A DNA stretch of 64,000 bases from an uncultured Gemmatimonadales bacterium (lineage in GTDB: Bacteria; Gemmatimonadota; Gemmatimonadetes; Gemmatimonadales; Gemmatimonadaceae), in NCBI GenBank assembly GCA_963851265.1, contig CAWKNZ010000009.1:141028-205027 (forward strand), read 5' to 3'. The notes beneath the pieces are model-generated. The model was given only the letters and a program-made list of their open reading frames with translations, was not told the origin of the DNA and did no database searches. The translations under genes were made by a program, and so were the position numbers. Shown in pieces: positions 61,198 to 64,000 of this stretch. Every line of letters starts with the position of its first letter. The stretch's first letter is position 1.

Positions 61198-64000
61198 TCA
61201 GTACGACAGGTCGAGGCCGACCGTGAACGTGCGCGGGAGCGGGTAGTTGGCGAAGCCGATCTCGGGGTCGGGCAGGGTCGTGTTGCCCTTGACCGTGAAC
61301 AGGTTGCCGCCACGCACGTACGCCCGCGCGCCGGCCAGCAGACTCAGGCCGCGTGGGAGCCCGCCCTGCGGCAGCGTGTAGCCGACGACCACCTCGCGCA
61401 GCTTCAGGTACGACCCGTTCTCGACGAAGTAGGTCGACGTCCGCGCCTCGTCGTTGCCGTTGGACAGCGTGAGCGCCGGGATCGTGCTGGCCGGGTTCTG
61501 CGGCGTCCACGCGTCGAGCACGCGCGTGCCGAAGTTCGCGCCCGTGAAGATCGACGTGAAGTCGGTCTGCGTCTTGATCCCGTTGTAGACCTTCGCGGCG
61601 GCGCCCTGGAGCAGCACGTTCAGCGTGAAGCGCCGGTAGGTCACCGTCGGGTTGATCCCGTACGTGAATTTCGGATCGGTCGTGCCGAGCCACGTCTGGT
61701 CGAGGCTGTTGACCACGCCGTCCCCGTTCAGGTCCTTGTACCGGAGCCGGCCGATCCCCTTGCCGGGCTGCCCCGCGGCCGCGTCCACCTCGGCCTGGTT
61801 CTGGAAGATCCCCTGCACCACATAGCCGAAGATCTCGTTCGGCGAATGGCCGAGGATCGTCTGGAATCCGTTCCCCGGGTAGGAGCCGACGACCGCCGCC
61901 GGCAGGCTGGTGATCTTCGGCTTGAACGTCCCGATGTTCACGCCGAGCCCCCACGTCAGCGCGCCCGCGCTGCGGTCGTACCGGGCCGACGCCTCGGCGC
62001 CGCGCACCTTGATGGTCGCGCCGTTCTGCGTCTCGTTGCCGCCTTGGCCGATCACTGCGGCGTAGGACGGGGTGATCAAGATGTTGCTGGTCGTGCGCGC
62101 GAAGGCGTCCACCGACCCGTTCACGTGCCCGCCGAAGAGACTGTAGTCGGCACCGTAATTGTTCTCGCGCGTCCCCTCCCAGCGCAGGTTGGCGTTGCCG
62201 GTCTGCGTCCGATAGAAGCCAGACGGGAGCGTCCCCGTGTTCTGCCCGTGGATGTCGTACGCGGTGCTCGACCGGCCGGACCCGTCACTGTTCTCGACGC
62301 CGTAGCCCGGGACGTACAGCGAGTACTGCGCGTTGTTCGGGATCGCCTGGTTGCCGGTTTCGCCGTAGCCGTAGCGCAGCTTCAGGTCCGAGACGAAGCT
62401 GTGTGTCGGAAAGAACGGCTCCTTGCTCACGCGCCAGCCGAGCGTCGCCGACGGGAAGAGCCCGTACCGGTTGTTCGCCCCGAAGCGCGACGAGCCGTCG
62501 TCGCGCAGCGTGACCGTGGCGAGGTAGCGATCGAGGTAATCGTAGTCGGCTTTGCCGAAGACCGACGCGAGCGCGTACCCGCCGTTGTCGCCGGCAACGG
62601 TCTGCAGCCCGGTCCCGGCGTTCTGCGTGAAGTAGTCCCGCGTCTCGATCGCGTAGCCTTGGTGGTTCGCGTTGACGTTCGCGTAGCTGCTGTTGACCGC
62701 CTCGAATCCCGCGAGCAGTCGGACGTTGTGCACCCCGAACTGGTGGTTGTAGTTGAGCGTGCTGTTGAACGTCCAGTCGGTCGCGTTCTCCGTGAACTGG
62801 TTCAGCGAGGCGATCGTCCGGCTGAGGAACCCCGCCTGATACGTGCGGAAGATCGCGGTGTTGTCGGTGTTGCGGTGGTCGATGCCGAACCGCGCGTTCG
62901 CCTGCAGGTCGGGCGTGATGTTGTACTGCGCGAAAACGTTGCCCAGGCCCTGCAGGTTGTTGTTCCGGTTGAACGAGTTGAGGTCCAGCAGCATGACCGG
63001 ATTGTCGCGGTCGTCGAACCCGGCGCCCGTCGGGCCTCCCCAGCCGCCGGTGGTCGTGTGGACCGGGAGGATCGGCTGCACGAGCAACGAGAGCGCAAGG
63101 GGGTTGCCGCCTGCCCCGCTCGGCAGAGGGATCGCCGAGCCGTAGAGCACCGACATGTTCTCGCCGACCGTTAGGCGGTTCTTGAAGAAGTTGTACGACG
63201 AGTTGATGCGCCCGTTGAACCGTTTGAGGTTGGTCCCCTTCACGATGCCCTCGTTGTCGTAGTAGCCGAGGGAGAGGAGCGCCGCGCCGCGCTCGTTCGA
63301 CGTGTTGGCTTGCAGCGTGTGCTCCTGGATGACGCCCGTCCGCGTCACCTGGTTCCACCAGTCGGTGTTCGACGCGAGCATCGTCGTGTCACCGCCGACG
63401 TATTGCGGCACGATGACCTTGTTGAGCGTGACGGCACCGTTGCCGTTCCGCGTGTAGTCATACGTGTAGATCGGCAGGTTCTTCGGGTCGCTCCCGTCGT
63501 TGATTGCGGCCTGGAAGAGCGCGGCCCCGCGCTGCTCGGTGTTGAGCACCGACAGCTTCGACTGGTAGCCCGAGGTCGTCACGTGACTCCCGACCGAGAC
63601 CTGCGTTCGCCGGTTCGCGCCAGACTTCGTCGTGATGACGATGACGCCGTTGGACGCGCGCGAGCCGTAAATCGAGGCGCTGGCCGCGTCCTTGAGCACC
63701 TGCAACGTCTCGATGTCCTCGGGCTTGAGCTGCTGGGCAGCCGAGCTCTGGCTCGGGATGCCGTCGATGACGTAGAGCGGGTCCTGATTGCCGAGCGTGC
63801 TGAACCCGCGGATCCGCACCTGGCCGAGGGTCGCCGGGGTCGCCGTTCTCGTTGATCGTGACGCCGGCGACGCGGCCCTGCAGCGCCTTGATCGGACTGT
63901 TCTGGACCGCGGCCTGCGCCTGGATCTCGTTCGGGTTTACCTCAGCGATCGCACCCGTCAGCTTCTCTGGTCGGGACCGACTGGTAACCGAGGACCGCCA
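61198..64000 (-). CDS. SusC/RagA TonB-linked outer-membrane transporter; 5' end beyond the window, with apparent frameshifts in the last 170 bp
   Basis: IRG...[31 protein letters not shown] and DGSSRFG; upstream LGYQS, KLTGAI and ALQGRVAGV lie in shifted frames. Confidence 0.92.

Overview
High-GC bacterial DNA (roughly 70-75% by eye). The gene set (SusC/SusD pair, PEP-CTERM protein, M28/S9 peptidases, PAS hybrid kinases) suggests a Gemmatimonadota-like soil bacterium; this is inference only. The window is accessory, with no rRNA, tRNA or CRISPR seen. All family calls come from motif recognition by eye, not database searches. The main find is a self-contained blue-light module at 8464-13861. 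It has a photoactive yellow protein (PYP) gene, both chromophore enzymes (tyrosine ammonia-lyase and a divergent acyl-CoA ligase), two unknown small helical proteins flanking pyp, and a soluble chemoreceptor (MCP) signalling domain with no sensor. A GAF-GGDEF-EAL gene and a CelD/BcsL-type GNAT plus GT2 pair lie on either side. Other content: a Cys/His-rich leader ORF ending in a RAPP-like motif ahead of a TonB receptor; an arsR-arsM-arsN2-arsN1 operon ending in a collapsed arsC/aquaporin remnant; two toxin-antitoxin pairs; two divergent TetR/oxidoreductase units with visible operators; an archaeal-type CTP-dependent riboflavin kinase; many decayed gene fragments; and a SusC/SusD pair that runs off the right edge. 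The octamer YGTTAGGC occurs at least 21 times on both strands, often forcing rare TTA/CTA codons.
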